The notes: a model not told the origin generated them from the letters alone. A stretch of 60,217 nt of DNA, filler included, from Sphacelaria rigidula (GCA_964200075.2; 8 parts of 8 records of this genome joined end to end with filler, not necessarily neighbours in it), one strand, 5' to 3'; counted from the first letter of the whole stretch, positions 11,077 to 23,740 are shown. Numbers and translations are program-made.

Positions 11077-13756
11077 GGTCGCAGGTGCCTTTCGGCCCCC
11101 CTGCAGGGGGAATTGCTGTAGTCTAACTGCAGGTGCAATGACTCATCTCAGAGGCAAGCGAGATATTTTACGTTCATCGTGTGCCAGGCACGCCCCGGCA
11201 TTTGTTTGTTGCTTTGTTGCGAGGTAGACCGAACACGACCCGACATCACGGGACTGGAACGGGCACAGAGCTGAGTGTTTGAGGGATCAAAGCAGACCAA
11301 ACCGCGTGGCGTCCGTGATAAGTGTACAGAACGATGAAAATGATCTTCTCTAGGATGGATGACTGTTGAATTAGCACGAGCAAGCAGCAGCAGCCGTCTA
11401 GGCCGTGGATCGCGATCCGACGGTGTAACGGCGGTTGATCACGACTTGCTCATCCCAGTGAAGTACAAACACGAGCACTCGACCCCCCACACTAACGACT
11501 CACAGAAGGGATGCGTGGTCAATAGTCAAACGACTAAGGCAAGCAACAAATGAGTACGCCCCCCCCCCCACACACACTCACAGCAGCAGCAACAGCATAG
11601 TGCAGTGTATTCAGCATAACATTGTCAAACAGCGCGTCTACGCTCACCGTCTACCTGAATCGATTGATCGGGGTGTGGTGTTGTCTTCAGTACGTAAACT
11701 TTCAAGTAAAAATGCACTCTCTGATTCAACATTAATATAGATGATTTTGTCTCGACTACATAAACGTGTACGCTACTACCGCCTGTATAGCAGACGATAT
11801 AAAATGGTATGTCCGAATCCGCTTTCGGAAGGACGAAATGACCATACAGTCAAGGGCAAAAACCATTCCAAGCAACTGTAGAAGCTCTTGCAATGTCCCC
11901 GCAACTTGCCATGGCAACTGATGTTCACCTTTCATTCACACCCCAACGTGAGGCGAAAACTCCAATCGCCATGTGATGATTGGCAAACCAGAAAGAGTTA
12001 TCGATAATACTGTTTGTTGTTCTGATACTTGAACTGTCGGAATACAAGTCATAGAGGTATCTCAAACTCAGGGTTCCTGGTATATTTGACGAAGAATTCA
12101 GGAATTCCTGGGTTACGAGTTCGGGGTGGCTCAACGGAGATCCCGAGGCCGAAATCCAGGAATCTCCAACGGATCTTTGGCAAAGATCCTCCCCGGTTTA
12201 CGAGCTGAAGGGGAACCAAGAGCGTTAAGGAACAGCTTCCATGTCACATTCTCACCAACTGTTGATGGAATGCGTGTGGCCACGTCACGTATTTCTACCC
12301 TTATGGTTGGAAGTTTGAAATAAATTCGCGACCCCTCCCGAAAAATAGACCAGAAATCCGTAGGTTTCTGCTTCTTATGCGTTTTCTCCCAAAACAATTA
12401 TGAGTCTTGTTCAAAAGGGGATCATTTTAAAGCGGAAACCCCGCCGACGCGTTACAATCACTTGATTTTAGTGTGTAAGACCGAAAAACAATACGAAAGC
12501 AGAAAAAGCAAAAGCCTAGACATCCGATGTCCAGCGAGTCGTCCCTGTAAGAAGATGATGCTTTTTCAGCTGGATCTTTGATAAAGACCCTTCCTGGTTT
12601 ATAATCAACTGCTGGGTTTTTACCCCACGCGATCTTAAACCAGGAATTATGTCACTGTTCGTTGGGGCCTACACTCTCAGATGAAAACCACGTCCACAGA
12701 GGGTACCATCACTAAGTCCACACTCACAGGGGGTATCGGCTTCGCGCCTGGTGCCTGAGCGACAACCACGACCGTAGGCGACCTGCTGTACCTTAGCCTG
12801 CAACCTCACAACGCAGCTGCGGGTGCTGCTTGCTGGGGAAGCACAGTCAGAAAAATGCACAGCCTCTCAGCCCGACTTTCACGCCCCCTCCCACAGAACA
12901 TCTGTTGTCGAGGTTAGGTTGCTGCTTCCCGTGACTATATTCGTACATTACATGTGTGCGCAGAAAAGAAAACGGTTCGCGTGCGTTGTGCTAATATATA
13001 TATTTCTGCCAGTCTGAGGAACGGCCTATACCACCCCTAGAGTTCGGATTTCGGCTTAAGATTTGTTCGCTATCCGCTCGGGGGCGGCCGTGCTCGGAGG
13101 TCTTGACGAGTTTTGGCTTGATCGGTATGAAGAGTCTACCACTGATTTCATGTTACGCACGCCGTGCAAACTACAGTAGAGCGAATCACCCGCTCACACC
13201 TCCGCGAGCACATTTTGATTTGATAATCTATAAACTGGATACAACATCACACCCCAATCAATCAATACAGGTAGACGGTAAGCGTGGACGCGCTGTTTGA
13301 CAATGTTCTGCTGTATACACTGTACTATGCTGTTGCTGCTGCTGTGAGTGCGGGGGGGGGTCGGGTGCTCGTGTTTGTACTTTACTGGGATGAGCAAGTC
13401 GTAATCAATCGCCGTTACACCGTCGGATCGCGATCCACGACCTAGACAGCTGCTGCTGCTTGCTCGTGCTAATTCAACAATCACCCATCCTAGAGAAGAT
13501 CATTTTCATCGTCCTGTACACTAATCACGGACGCCACGTGGTTTGCTCTGCTTTGCTCCCTCAAACACTCAGCTCTGTGCCCGCTCCAGTCGCGTGCTGT
13601 CGGGTCTACCTCGCAAAAAAGCAACAAACAAATGCCGCGGTGTATCCGGCACACGATGAACATAAGACGTCTCTCTTGTCTCCGAGATCAGCCATTGCAC
13701 CTACAGTTAGACTACAGCAATTCCCCCTGCGGGGGAATCGAAAGGCACCTTCGACC
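11077..13756. mobile_element. Large foldback element inside an intron; arms about 11077-11720 and 13206-13756
   Basis: The arms are reverse complements over ~550-640 bp; ORFs 11359+ and 13484- encode the same peptide start (VELARASSSS). Confidence 0.85.
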
Positions 13757-14007
13757 GGTACCATAAGGCAGTCTTCTTTGAGAATTCGGCGTCATTTCAT
13801 TCCCATTTTTCATCATCCCGTGTTATTTGCGCGATTTTTTGCACCACACCAGTACCTACAGCACCTACGTAGCACTTCCGCGTGATGACGTTCCGGTCTC
13901 CCAAATCTTGAGCATCCGCGGGTATTCACTGTACTTGTTCATATATGGTACGATCACCGAGCGCTGTTTGGTGCGTAATCTGCTCTTCTTCTTTTTTTTC
14001 TCCGCAG

Positions 14008-14146
14008 GTTTCGAGATATGCGCGATTCACACAATAAAGCTATGGAAGACATGGCGGCCAGCGTGGAGGCAAAAGAGAAGGCACACGCGCAGGAGCTGAC
14101 CGATTTAGAGCGGAAATTTCTCACCGAGAAGGGAAACTTGCAAAAG
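14008..14146 (+). CDS. Internal exon C of the CFAP157/BBOF1-like protein
   Basis: Long polypyrimidine tract + ccgcag|FRDMRDSHNKAMEDMAASVEAKEKAHAQELTDLERKFLTEKGNLQK|gtacga. The spliced LAALRRF...LERKFLxEK resembles the CFAP157/BBOF1 family (recalled from memory, not searched). Confidence 0.78.
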
Positions 14147-15081
14147 GTACGACGATCGTGCTTCTCGTAACTTTGCACGATGTTAGTGTTCGCACGACGT
14201 TGATGCCGCTCGCAACTACGAAAAGATAGTGCGGTCGTGGCTCCCGCAGTCGAAAAAGGTACTACGGTCGTGACCGCTGTGACTGAAAGAAGGTAGTATG
14301 ATCGTGACTCCTGTCACTGGAACAAGACTTCAGGAGTGTGTTCTGTAGGGTGTATCGGCTGAAATTCGGGTGTTTTACAGAAGTATAAAGGAGGCGTTTT
14401 TTCGGCAAATACCCCTCCGGACCATACCGGAGTGTTCTGAACAGGGCTGGACACCCTGTCGAACATGCCGGGATGTTTGAAACACATTTCGATATGGTTT
14501 AGTAGGTCAACCGAAAATCGCCCACTTACGAGTATACCCTACAAAGCACAACCTTTGCAAGATTTCACTTCCTAAATTTGAACAATATCATTGATCGACT
14601 GACTGTCCCACTTAAGCTAATCCCCTGGGCTTCCGGAGACGGTCACACGATAGACGTACCTAAACTGAAGAAAACGAAGATACTCGCTAGTGGAAGTTTG
14701 AAAGTCGTAATCCCTCCTTTCGTCACACTCTCGATCACTGGAGCCTGCTTGCTGCTCATCGAGTTCATAATGTCAAAGGAAATACAGTATCTCCCCGAAA
14801 GTTGCCTCCCTAGACTCGCCGAAAGGAGTGTCGAGCGAGCGCACTTTCGTGCGGAAAGGGTGCACCTACTCTCGTCGCGAACGCCCCCGATATAATGAAC
14901 ATGTACACTGCGGCGAAATCACGCCGTCACGGTTGAGTATATAGTGGATCCTGGATGATGACCAGGGGACAAGGGCATCCTNNNNNNNNNNNNNNNNNNN
15001 NNNNNNNNNNNNNNNNNNNNNNNNNTTAATTAATTAANNNNNNNNNNNNNNNNNNNNNNNNNNNNNNNNNNNNNNNNNNNN

Positions 15082-17426
15082 GGTCATGAAACGAATCCTC
15101 TGGAGGGCATCTGATGCTTCAGTGACTTCTGAGGTCTGAATCTCTCCAGAGTACCAAAAATATGGTGCACTGGAGCACGTGGTTTTCGTAAACGTCCCTT
15201 GGAGGGAAATATGAACGGCAGAGGGAAATATGAGCATCATTCCTCTGGTGGAGGGACCGACTATGGCCTCTAAGGCATTTGTTGCGACTCAAGAAGACAT
15301 AGCCGTGCAGTATCCTCCAGCGTGTACATTAGCACTTGTGCACTTGTGTCCTATAACTGCTTCCAGGGAACCTTTGGGACCATCACGCCAGAAAAAATAT
15401 ATGTTGTATCACCCGCCGTTCACAGATTGAATTGCAAACCCGACAACACTTATCCCCAGCTATAATACTACCACGATAACCCTGCAGCAAAGAGCACGAG
15501 TTGGGCACAGGCATATAGATACACACTGGAGTAGTTGAGCATGATATATGTCTTGTTGGTGGAAGTTTGAACTTGAGCAATGGGTATGGTGTGAGCAACA
15601 ACCGACGGTTCACTGCATACACACTCATGAACAGTGCAGGCAGACAAAGCTGCGCACACTGTTCAAGTCCTTTTCACGTTGCACTCTGAGCAGACAACAT
15701 ACATATAGTACTGCGCTGTCTGTATTGTACTTTGTGAGCTTCCCTTTCACGTCCTACTGACTGCAGCGGTGAGCACGCTGCAAGAACGGGCATCGTGCGT
15801 GTAGTCAGTAGCTCACGGTATATAACACCCCCATGCACCCAAAGTTACAGGCATTCACTTTGTTTAGCCACACGTGGCGCATATGTCGCGCTAACTCTGC
15901 AGTATATTGTACAGCACGTATATAAGAACGATATGGTACTGTTCTACACGCTATTGTACTGTCCAGTACAGCATCAAACCATGCTTATTGTTGTAATGAT
16001 CATATATATCAGCATCAACGTACAGGATAAACCGCGATCATATTTTTTTGCGTGTTCATTCCAAAAGTGCTTCACTTTGGTGTATGTTTACAAATATGAG
16101 GGTCTCTCCATTTGGACACCAAAACCACCGGCTAAAGCTACATAGCATGGCTGTGTGTACATACATTCGCGATCGGTGTATGGGATTTGAAACCAGTCGA
16201 AGCTGTCGAAGAGTTCGATCCGCTTGCCCAAGATATGAAGTGGGGGGCAAGAGGATGAGTTCTCAACGACTTCTGCTGTCTTTCGGCTCTCATCCACCGA
16301 TACCGCGTCGTATGTGGGACTTGAACAGCAAAAAAAGCTGCTCGCAAATAAGATTCATTTTTTGCCCAATTCAAGCTATTGGTGGGCAAAATGAGGATTT
16401 ATGTCGAACAGCTTCTGGTGTACAAATTCCATTTACGAGTGTATATGGGATTTGCACAGCGTCTTCTATTCGAAATAAATCCTGAGTGATGCTGCGATAG
16501 GGTCAGCACTTTTACGGCCTGGGAGTAGAATTGTTAGGAACCCTTTATCTCATCCAAAACACGACTTTCGAAAGAGGTGAGAGTACGCCAGGGTTTTTCT
16601 TCCAATTTGCTAGGGATATCCCGAATGAATTTGCAAACGGGGATATCCTGACCGATATTCTTGTGTAGTTCCTAATTGTTAGGAACCCCTGAATCAGGCC
16701 GGTTTTGGCCCCAACAGTGCAAACCCTATCCCAGCATCACTCTCCTTTTGGGCTGATTCCAATAATTTGGGATCAGGACTTGCTTCGAACAGGTGTGAAA
16801 ATTCCAGATTTCCATAGCAATTGTGCCTCCAAAAACAATTCAGGGAACTTTAATATCGACACAGACCTTCGAGGCCCCCGATATTAAAAATCCTCTAGAG
16901 GATTACGAATACCCAAGATCCTCTGGGGGGGATGTTAAAACGGACGGAACCGAGGATGACGTTTGAAAATTCCTCCACGAGGTAGCCGAATGGCCGCGTG
17001 TGTTTGATTCACATACATGTAGGTTTGCCTCCTCAAACCAGTCATTCTTCTGGTGGGGGCTATCCCGGCATCACTCCATGTGGTGGAAACAATCACTAGG
17101 AACAACGTGAAAAGGCACGGCGGTTTCGTCACATGTACACGCGCTGGCGAACCCAAGCTTGTTTCCGGGACTCGCATTGCACTTCTTGTAGTGTGCAGTA
17201 CTCTAGTGTTATGCTACAGTAGTATTAACATGTTGCATCTATCATAGTCGGTCCCTCCGCCAGAGGAATGATGCTCATATTTCCCTCTGCCGTTCATATT
17301 TCCCTTGAAGGGACGCTCACGAAAACCACGTGCTCAGGTGCACCATATTTTTGGTACTCTGGAGGGATTCAGACCTCAGAAGTCACTGAAGCATCAGATG
17401 ACCTCCAGAGGATTCGTTTCATGATC
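15082..17426. repeat. Inverted pair of a ~180-bp repeat (15082-15265 and 17243-17426)
   Basis: Near-identical reverse complements; ORFs 15240- and 17268+ give almost the same translation. Confidence 0.85.
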
Positions 17427-19227
17427 GGAACCGAGTATGAAATACCCTCTAGAGGATATTTTTATCCTCCCGAGGGTCACTTTACCCTCTAGGGGATGAA
17501 AATCGCGATAGAGGATTTGAAGGGGGTAGCCGAATGGCCGCGTGTGACGTGATAAAAGCCAAGCCCACCAAGCAGCTGGGAATTCATTTGTGCCAATGTC
17601 GATGATGGAGAGAGAGCACTTTTCATGCAGTCTGAAACCAGTGACGTTGCATGTGCTTTATGTCCATTTTCTTCGTGAAAGTTTTGGGGCTGGTTTGGTG
17701 GGGGTAAGGGGTCTCGCAGTATCACTGTGCTATGCTTTGGTATATCTTGCACACACTTGGCGATAACTATGACGTTTTGAGCAGTTGCGTGGCCTTGAAT
17801 GGATATGGCCGCTATTAATATCAAGTGCTACTTGTGGATGCAAAGACGCTGCGCTGTGTTCGTACAGCGTGGCCGATCATCACGAAAGGGTAGAATAGAC
17901 AATGACTTTCGGGCCTGAATATTCACCGATATCTGGTGGTATCGGCGGTTTCGAAGAGATATCGATCGCCAACTTGTGCACTGCTGTGGGTGGAATTGGT
18001 TCGAAGTTCGTCGAGGACGTGTGTACCTCCAGAGATTCACCACAAATACATTTCCCCCTGTCAGTGATGACATGCTTCATCGAGATCGTTGATTCCACCA
18101 TGGGGGGGCGGGGGGGATGTGAATGCGGTGACCTCATCGGCAAACATTGCCACACGGGGCTATTTAGTCCGCTGACTGGGTGGGGGGCGGGGTGATGAAA
18201 CGTATGAAGGGTGCGTACTCACCACTCTGTCGCTCCGCATCATCATGTTCTGCACCAAAATGCCGACTAGGAGACTTTGCCTTCGACCTACCGCACTAGA
18301 GTTCGGTCATCTTTGCTGGATGCTGTGATCTGTTTAGCCAAGTTAGGCCGGGTAATACGATAAGAAGAGGGTGTCTAGACTCACATCTGTCCCAGCCTGG
18401 GACATCCGCCATCATCGATCGAAATACGATACGGAGGCGTTCTGAGGCATGTCTTTAAAAGGGAACAATCTGCTCGGTATCGAGTACGTGGCGCTACTGG
18501 CGAGTACGTACTAGAGTCGACAGCAGATCTTTTCACGCTTGGGATCTTCGATTGTAAGACAGATCTTCAACGGTAGATACGGGCCAGGTGGGGCACATCA
18601 TAAGGTCATTGTTCGTCCATCCACGAACTAACCGCTCCGACGGCGCAATTGAAACGAGGGGTACAACGTAAAACGAGGTTTTGCATATAGATGTACAAGA
18701 ATTATATATCATTCAGGTTCAACGTATGGGACTTGTTGGGGTGCTGGGTTGCATGTGCGAAGCCGGGGGCGGACATGAAGGAATGATGTTTGCTGCTGTA
18801 TCACAAGTATTTGGGGAGTGCAAGAGGGGAGGCCCCTCCAGAAACCCGATAGCTCAAGAACAATTTGACATGCTACTGCTATGCGGTGACGTAACTTATC
18901 AATTCTTCCTAATTGTTGAACGGACACATTCTGAATCGCAAATCGAACGGACAACAAAACGGTACACACAGAAGTTTCCATCCGCACCACTGGAATTATT
19001 TCAAAAAACCCATCAAATATACCGGTGACCTGCGTTCTCTCACGACTCTCCCCTCACGCCCCCCCTCCGACAACATCATACACCCGCCCTATTATTGTAT
19101 ACGCCTAAGCTTGACAAGTGCTGTATAATTGTCAGACGTCAACCGGAAGGCTGTCTACACCGATCACAGAGGAAGGACTGCAGTTTATAGACGGTATAAT
19201 AACGTGCACGGGTATATGTTCGAGAGC

Positions 19228-19358
19228 ATGACTCATTTGTCGAAGATCACGGGCATAGCTGTGGTGGCGCTCGTTGGATTGGAGTTCGCAACGGGCCACA
19301 TTTACATGCTCGAGCCATGCAGTCGACAAGTGTACAAGTCTCCAGTGCATCAGTTATG
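19228..19358 (+). CDS. Exon 1 of a secreted LPMO-like protein (alternative ATG at 19216)
   Basis: Signal-peptide-like MTHLSKITGIAVVALVGLEFATG followed by HIYMLEPCSRQ (His codon at 19297); strong donor gtgagt at 19359, phase 2. Confidence 0.82.
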
Positions 19359-20857
19359 GTGAGTCAAAACAGACAGCGCCAACAGCGCAGACGGCGCGGA
19401 CAGCGCACAGAAAAATGTATGACATTTTTGCGAGTGCCCTGTCTTGGTTTATTACGCTTGTATCAGTCGGGGGAGTGTAGAGTTGTTGCAAGCAGTTGGT
19501 ATGGGCAAGGCAGAACAATCGCTGTGGGATTGATTATTTCATGTTCTGCGTATGGATCCAGCAGTCACCATGAGTGTGTACTTTTTCTGTCTTTTCTAGT
19601 GAAGTACTACTGTAGCGTTGTTTCCCATGAGTTGCAATTTGCGTTTCACATGAACCGTTTTATACGTCAAGCTGTACCGCCGTCCCCGCGCTACTCTACT
19701 GCTTGCTGCACTCCACCGCACCACTGTCGACGGTAGTCTGGCAGGTGGAAGCTGCAACGTTCTGTTGTAAAGCTTGAAGCTTGCACGCCCGTCACCGCCC
19801 GATGATCTCGGTTGTGTTTGTAGCCCCACACAGAATCCTCTCCTGAGATGAGAAACGTCGAAGTTCATGGAACATCATGCATGCGTATTTCGATGCAACG
19901 AATCCAAATCGTCGAAGTTCATGAGAAATCATCGTGCGTGCGCATTTCGATGCTACGACTCCAAATTATATCTCGCCCGTCACTCTCACCAACACCTCTC
20001 TGATGAGCGAGAGGTCCAATTGAAGTACGAAAACATGAAACCACATATCATCCCCCATCTCGCCCATATTTAACCCTTCGGCAGCGGGGGTAAAGGCCAT
20101 CTGGCCATGAACTTATTTTCCACCTGGAATATTAGTTGACTCTACATATGACCTTGCACCTCCTGGTCGCAGGGTTCAGTTCAAGGTTTAGACCGTGAGG
20201 GCAGCCCATCTGGATAATGAACACCTTTTCCAAGTGAAATGGATGTCGATTCAATATATGACCTACCCTCGTTGTCCACGGGTCAACTTATTACTATTCT
20301 CAGTCACGGGCAACCTGGAAACATCGTCCGCCGGCTCGTCTCTCTGATATGTTCGCAGAGTGCATACAACCCTAACGTACTCCGAGTCATGCCTACACTA
20401 ATGGTTGAAATCTCGTGTTTGGGAACATGAGCACACGTGACACCATGCACGAAAAGTTACACTCACGAACAAAAATGTCGGGGCTCCTCTGTGTATCGTA
20501 TCCGTTACGCACTCCGGTTTGCGTTTATCTGAACTCCAGACTAGTCATACTTTCTCAGGATTGTCCGCGCATGTAAAGAAGAGAGGAAGAGGCCCCAACA
20601 CGCATCAACGTATACTCGTCAACAATGTCCATTTGAAGAAGTTACGAACTATATTGAATTACGTCGCTCCATATGGTACGCCGGTCGGTCTTCGTGTTTG
20701 GGGGTAGGAGCCTACCCTGATGCCAACCCATACGCTTCATGAATGATCTAGGCACGACGCCTGTAAAAATATGCCCAAACAATACTCTCATGTCCCCGTC
20801 CCGGTTTCCCTCCAATTTCCCCATAAAATACCACAATTCTCATCAAAAAACGTTCAG

Positions 20858-21086
20858 GCCATATGAGAACGTGGAGCACTGCCCCCACTGCTACAATGCG
20901 AGGGGCCCCAAGTACGTGAGGCCAAGGGCGGAAAAACTGACCGATCCCGAAATCCTGGCTGAGTACGGCAACGGGGAGTGGCCGCTTTTGGCCGCCTACG
21001 AAAAGGGAGAGGTGGCAGAGAACGGTAATTATATTGAGCGCGAGGAGTTGTCGGTTAGACATGGAGTGTGCGGCGATCCTGAGCAG
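20858..21086 (+). CDS. Exon 2 of the LPMO-like protein (AA15/AA10-like, chitin-binding type)
   Basis: ttcag|(W)PYENVEHCPHCYNARGP...RHGVCGDPEQ|gtgacg; phase matches exon 1; CPHC-N and GVCGDP motifs; GC-rich third codon positions. Confidence 0.85.
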
Positions 21087-21714
21087 GTGACGGCATAGTA
21101 TATTATTGTAGTACTGTATGTAGGTCATTAGGGCGAGGGTCCTGTCACGTCATGATTTTCACCTGAACAATCGGGATAGTAGGCGGATCTCCACAACATC
21201 AGTGAGGTACCCATCGGAAGGAGGGGACACCACAACAGCTACCTAACGACTTTTCACCTGAGCGTGACATGTTCATCTACTTTATCAGTAAAGTGTGAAC
21301 TACCCATCTCTATCCATTCAAAAAATGGTCTAGAGTTCGTGACGCATACATATGCACATACCTTGGACAAAACGACTTTTTAATGTTGCAGCAAGCGGCG
21401 AACAGACCTGTCCGTGTATAGAGAGGTGAAAAGTACAGTAGAGTGCTGAAAAGTACAGTAGAGTGCTCGGAGATGGAAGTAGGTGCGTATGCATACGTGT
21501 TTTGTCCATGATAAAAAGAGCGACCACCTCTTGGGGAAAAAGTCACCCGTTGGTTGTAAAATATATGAGAGGCTTCACTTTCGCAAAAAAAGATCAGAAT
21601 GAATTCGGGATGTGATCGGCCTCTCGTTACTTGAATTTCGTCTATTTTGTTTTGCATGTTTTGCGTTACTCTATATTCGACATACCAAATAGTTAGGCCG
21701 CTTCTTGGGTATGA

Positions 21715-21904
21715 GGCCGTGTCTTGTCAAATTGTTTTCGTGTCGAAAACGTCTTGTCAAATCGAATTCGCTCGTTTCTGATTCGTCCACGCTGCTAATT
21801 TTCTCACATATTTGAGAACGTGAATGCCGTGTACGTATCAGGTACGAGCAAATTCGATTCCACCGTACGTTTTCGAGTCGAAAACAATTCGATAAGACAC
21901 GGCC
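21715..21904. mobile_element. PIF/Harbinger (Tourist)-like foldback MITE
   Basis: TIRs GGCCGTGTCTT...AAGACACGGCC, flanked by 3-bp TGA on both sides. Confidence 0.8.
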
Positions 21905-22621
21905 TGAGGAAAACTCTCCAAAATAGATTACCTGATCGTGTGTCAGGTGTCGGCGAGTTGCGGCCGATTTTAGTCTTCTATTAGAGGTCTCTCAAAGTCG
22001 AGGTTTCCGATATATTGGGTTGTACGTTACTGTTATGTGGAACACACCGGGAATCTCGAGTTTGGGATACTTTCATTACCAACAATAGTCCGCTTCTTGT
22101 GCAACGATAACATACACATATATGTATATACCGATATTTACCCCTAGCCTGTTTTGGCGATTCAGGGCGGGTTTCTCCTGGAATATACGAGCTGGGCCAG
22201 CCTAAAAACGGATTTGAGCTCTAAAAGCAATATCTCAGCGACACAGACGAGTTGGGCCGTGATCCGCATGTCGTATTAATCGTCTAATCAAGGGAAAGGT
22301 GCCCATCTGCTCATAATTTTGGGCCCATACTTTCTCCTTGATTAAACCCCATGTCTAGTGATTCCTATACCTAAAGGGAGATAGCGCCATTACTAAAATC
22401 TCTACAGGCTGGTTCACGGTGATCACCCAAAATTGTGTCATCAGCAAATGCCTTCCGCAATACGCACCCAATAGTCGCACATATGGTATCATACTGACCG
22501 CAATGAAGAGACGAAGAGGGTNNNNNNNNNNNNNNNNNNNNNNNNNNNNNNNNNNNNNNNNNNNNTTAATTAATTAANNNNNNNNNNNNNNNNNNNNNNN
22601 NNNNNNNNNNNNNNNNNNNNN

Positions 22622-23230
22622 TTGACCTCGCATCCCTACAAAGCTGGGACGGAGCGCGCCGGGTTTTCGCCGGAGCAGGCTCGTACTCAATCACGGGAGG
22701 GGGTAGTTGATTGAACAAAAGAAGAGGCTCATGGGTGTCTCAGGCGACCTGCCACACTCGCGGTGCGCCTGTATTTGGTTAAGAACGGTGTCACGCAGTA
22801 TGAGTGAGCGTTATTTATCCATGACAAGCTCCTCAGAACAACCGTCAAAAAGAGGTGTAGCAGTGGTTGAGTGGGGGAGGAAGTAGATAGACAGGATTAC
22901 CCTTGTGGCGAAGCAATAGAAAGTATAACTCTATTTAGCGGGAGAATATGAACCTTTAAAGGAGGAACTGGACGTGTTAGAGGGGGATGTGTGGGAGCTG
23001 CATGAAGGTGGTGTGAAATCGTTTGGTACATGAGCTTTTGTAGCAGCGAGAAAACGATCGCTATACTAGGAGATAGATGGTGGCCACAGACGGCGAAACG
23101 AGAAAGGGATACGATACGAAAGAAGTGTGATGAGCACCCAAACGTTTGGGGTATCTCCATCATAAGTAGAATCGATGCCCCGTCTCGAAAGGAATACGTC
23201 ATTAGTCAAGCAACAAATGAGTACGCCCCC
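22622..23230 (+). mobile_element. G-run/C-run element copy carrying a LINE C-terminal fragment
   Basis: Family head (CATCCCTACAAAG...), PCGEAIE and GDRWWPQTAK segments, tail AAATGAGTACGCCCCC; paralogous to 38121-38818. Confidence 0.7.
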
Positions 23231-23244
23231 ACTTCTCCCCACAG

Positions 23245-23740
23245 GGTTGGTGTCGGTTGGCAACGACGCTGTAAAACACGCCACAACTCACTGCGTATGC
23301 TAGGCAACAGGTTACCGGGAAGTTTTCGCGTGCGTTCTTTGTTTGTGATAAAACCATAAAGGTGGTCTAGCTAGATAATGTTGTGCAGGCGAACTCCGCC
23401 CAAACGGGATGGTCGCACTACGTAGTGTCCATTAAATGGTGAGACGCCCATGAGGCAGTTTAACGCGTGGCTGTCTCTGCAAGCAGCAATACCAGAAAAT
23501 GAAGCAATTGGAGGCTGTCATCCAAACGCAAGATAGTCAGTCCGCTTCGGGCCGAACGATGTTAGCAGGATAAAGCTCACTCTTCATGCGACTCGCAAAC
23601 ACATCACGGCGCATCGCTCTCGGTGATTGATTGCGAGCCTGGTCCGGCGAAACCCGGCGTGGTCTGTGCCAGCCTTGTAGACATGCGAGGTCAACCGTCG
23701 TATAACTACGGTATGCAAGATAATGAGAAACCACCCCTGA
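23245..23740 (-). repeat. Related repeat with the same head and a different body; paralog at 37702-38120 (+)
   Basis: Reverse-complement similarity, e.g. GTCGGTTGGCAACGACGCTGTAAAACACGCCAC vs GTGGCGTGTTTTATAGCGTCATCGCCAACCGAC. Confidence 0.7.

Noticed and set aside
22409..22486. Candidate third exon of the LPMO-like gene
   Set aside because: It has an in-frame stop in the required phase 0
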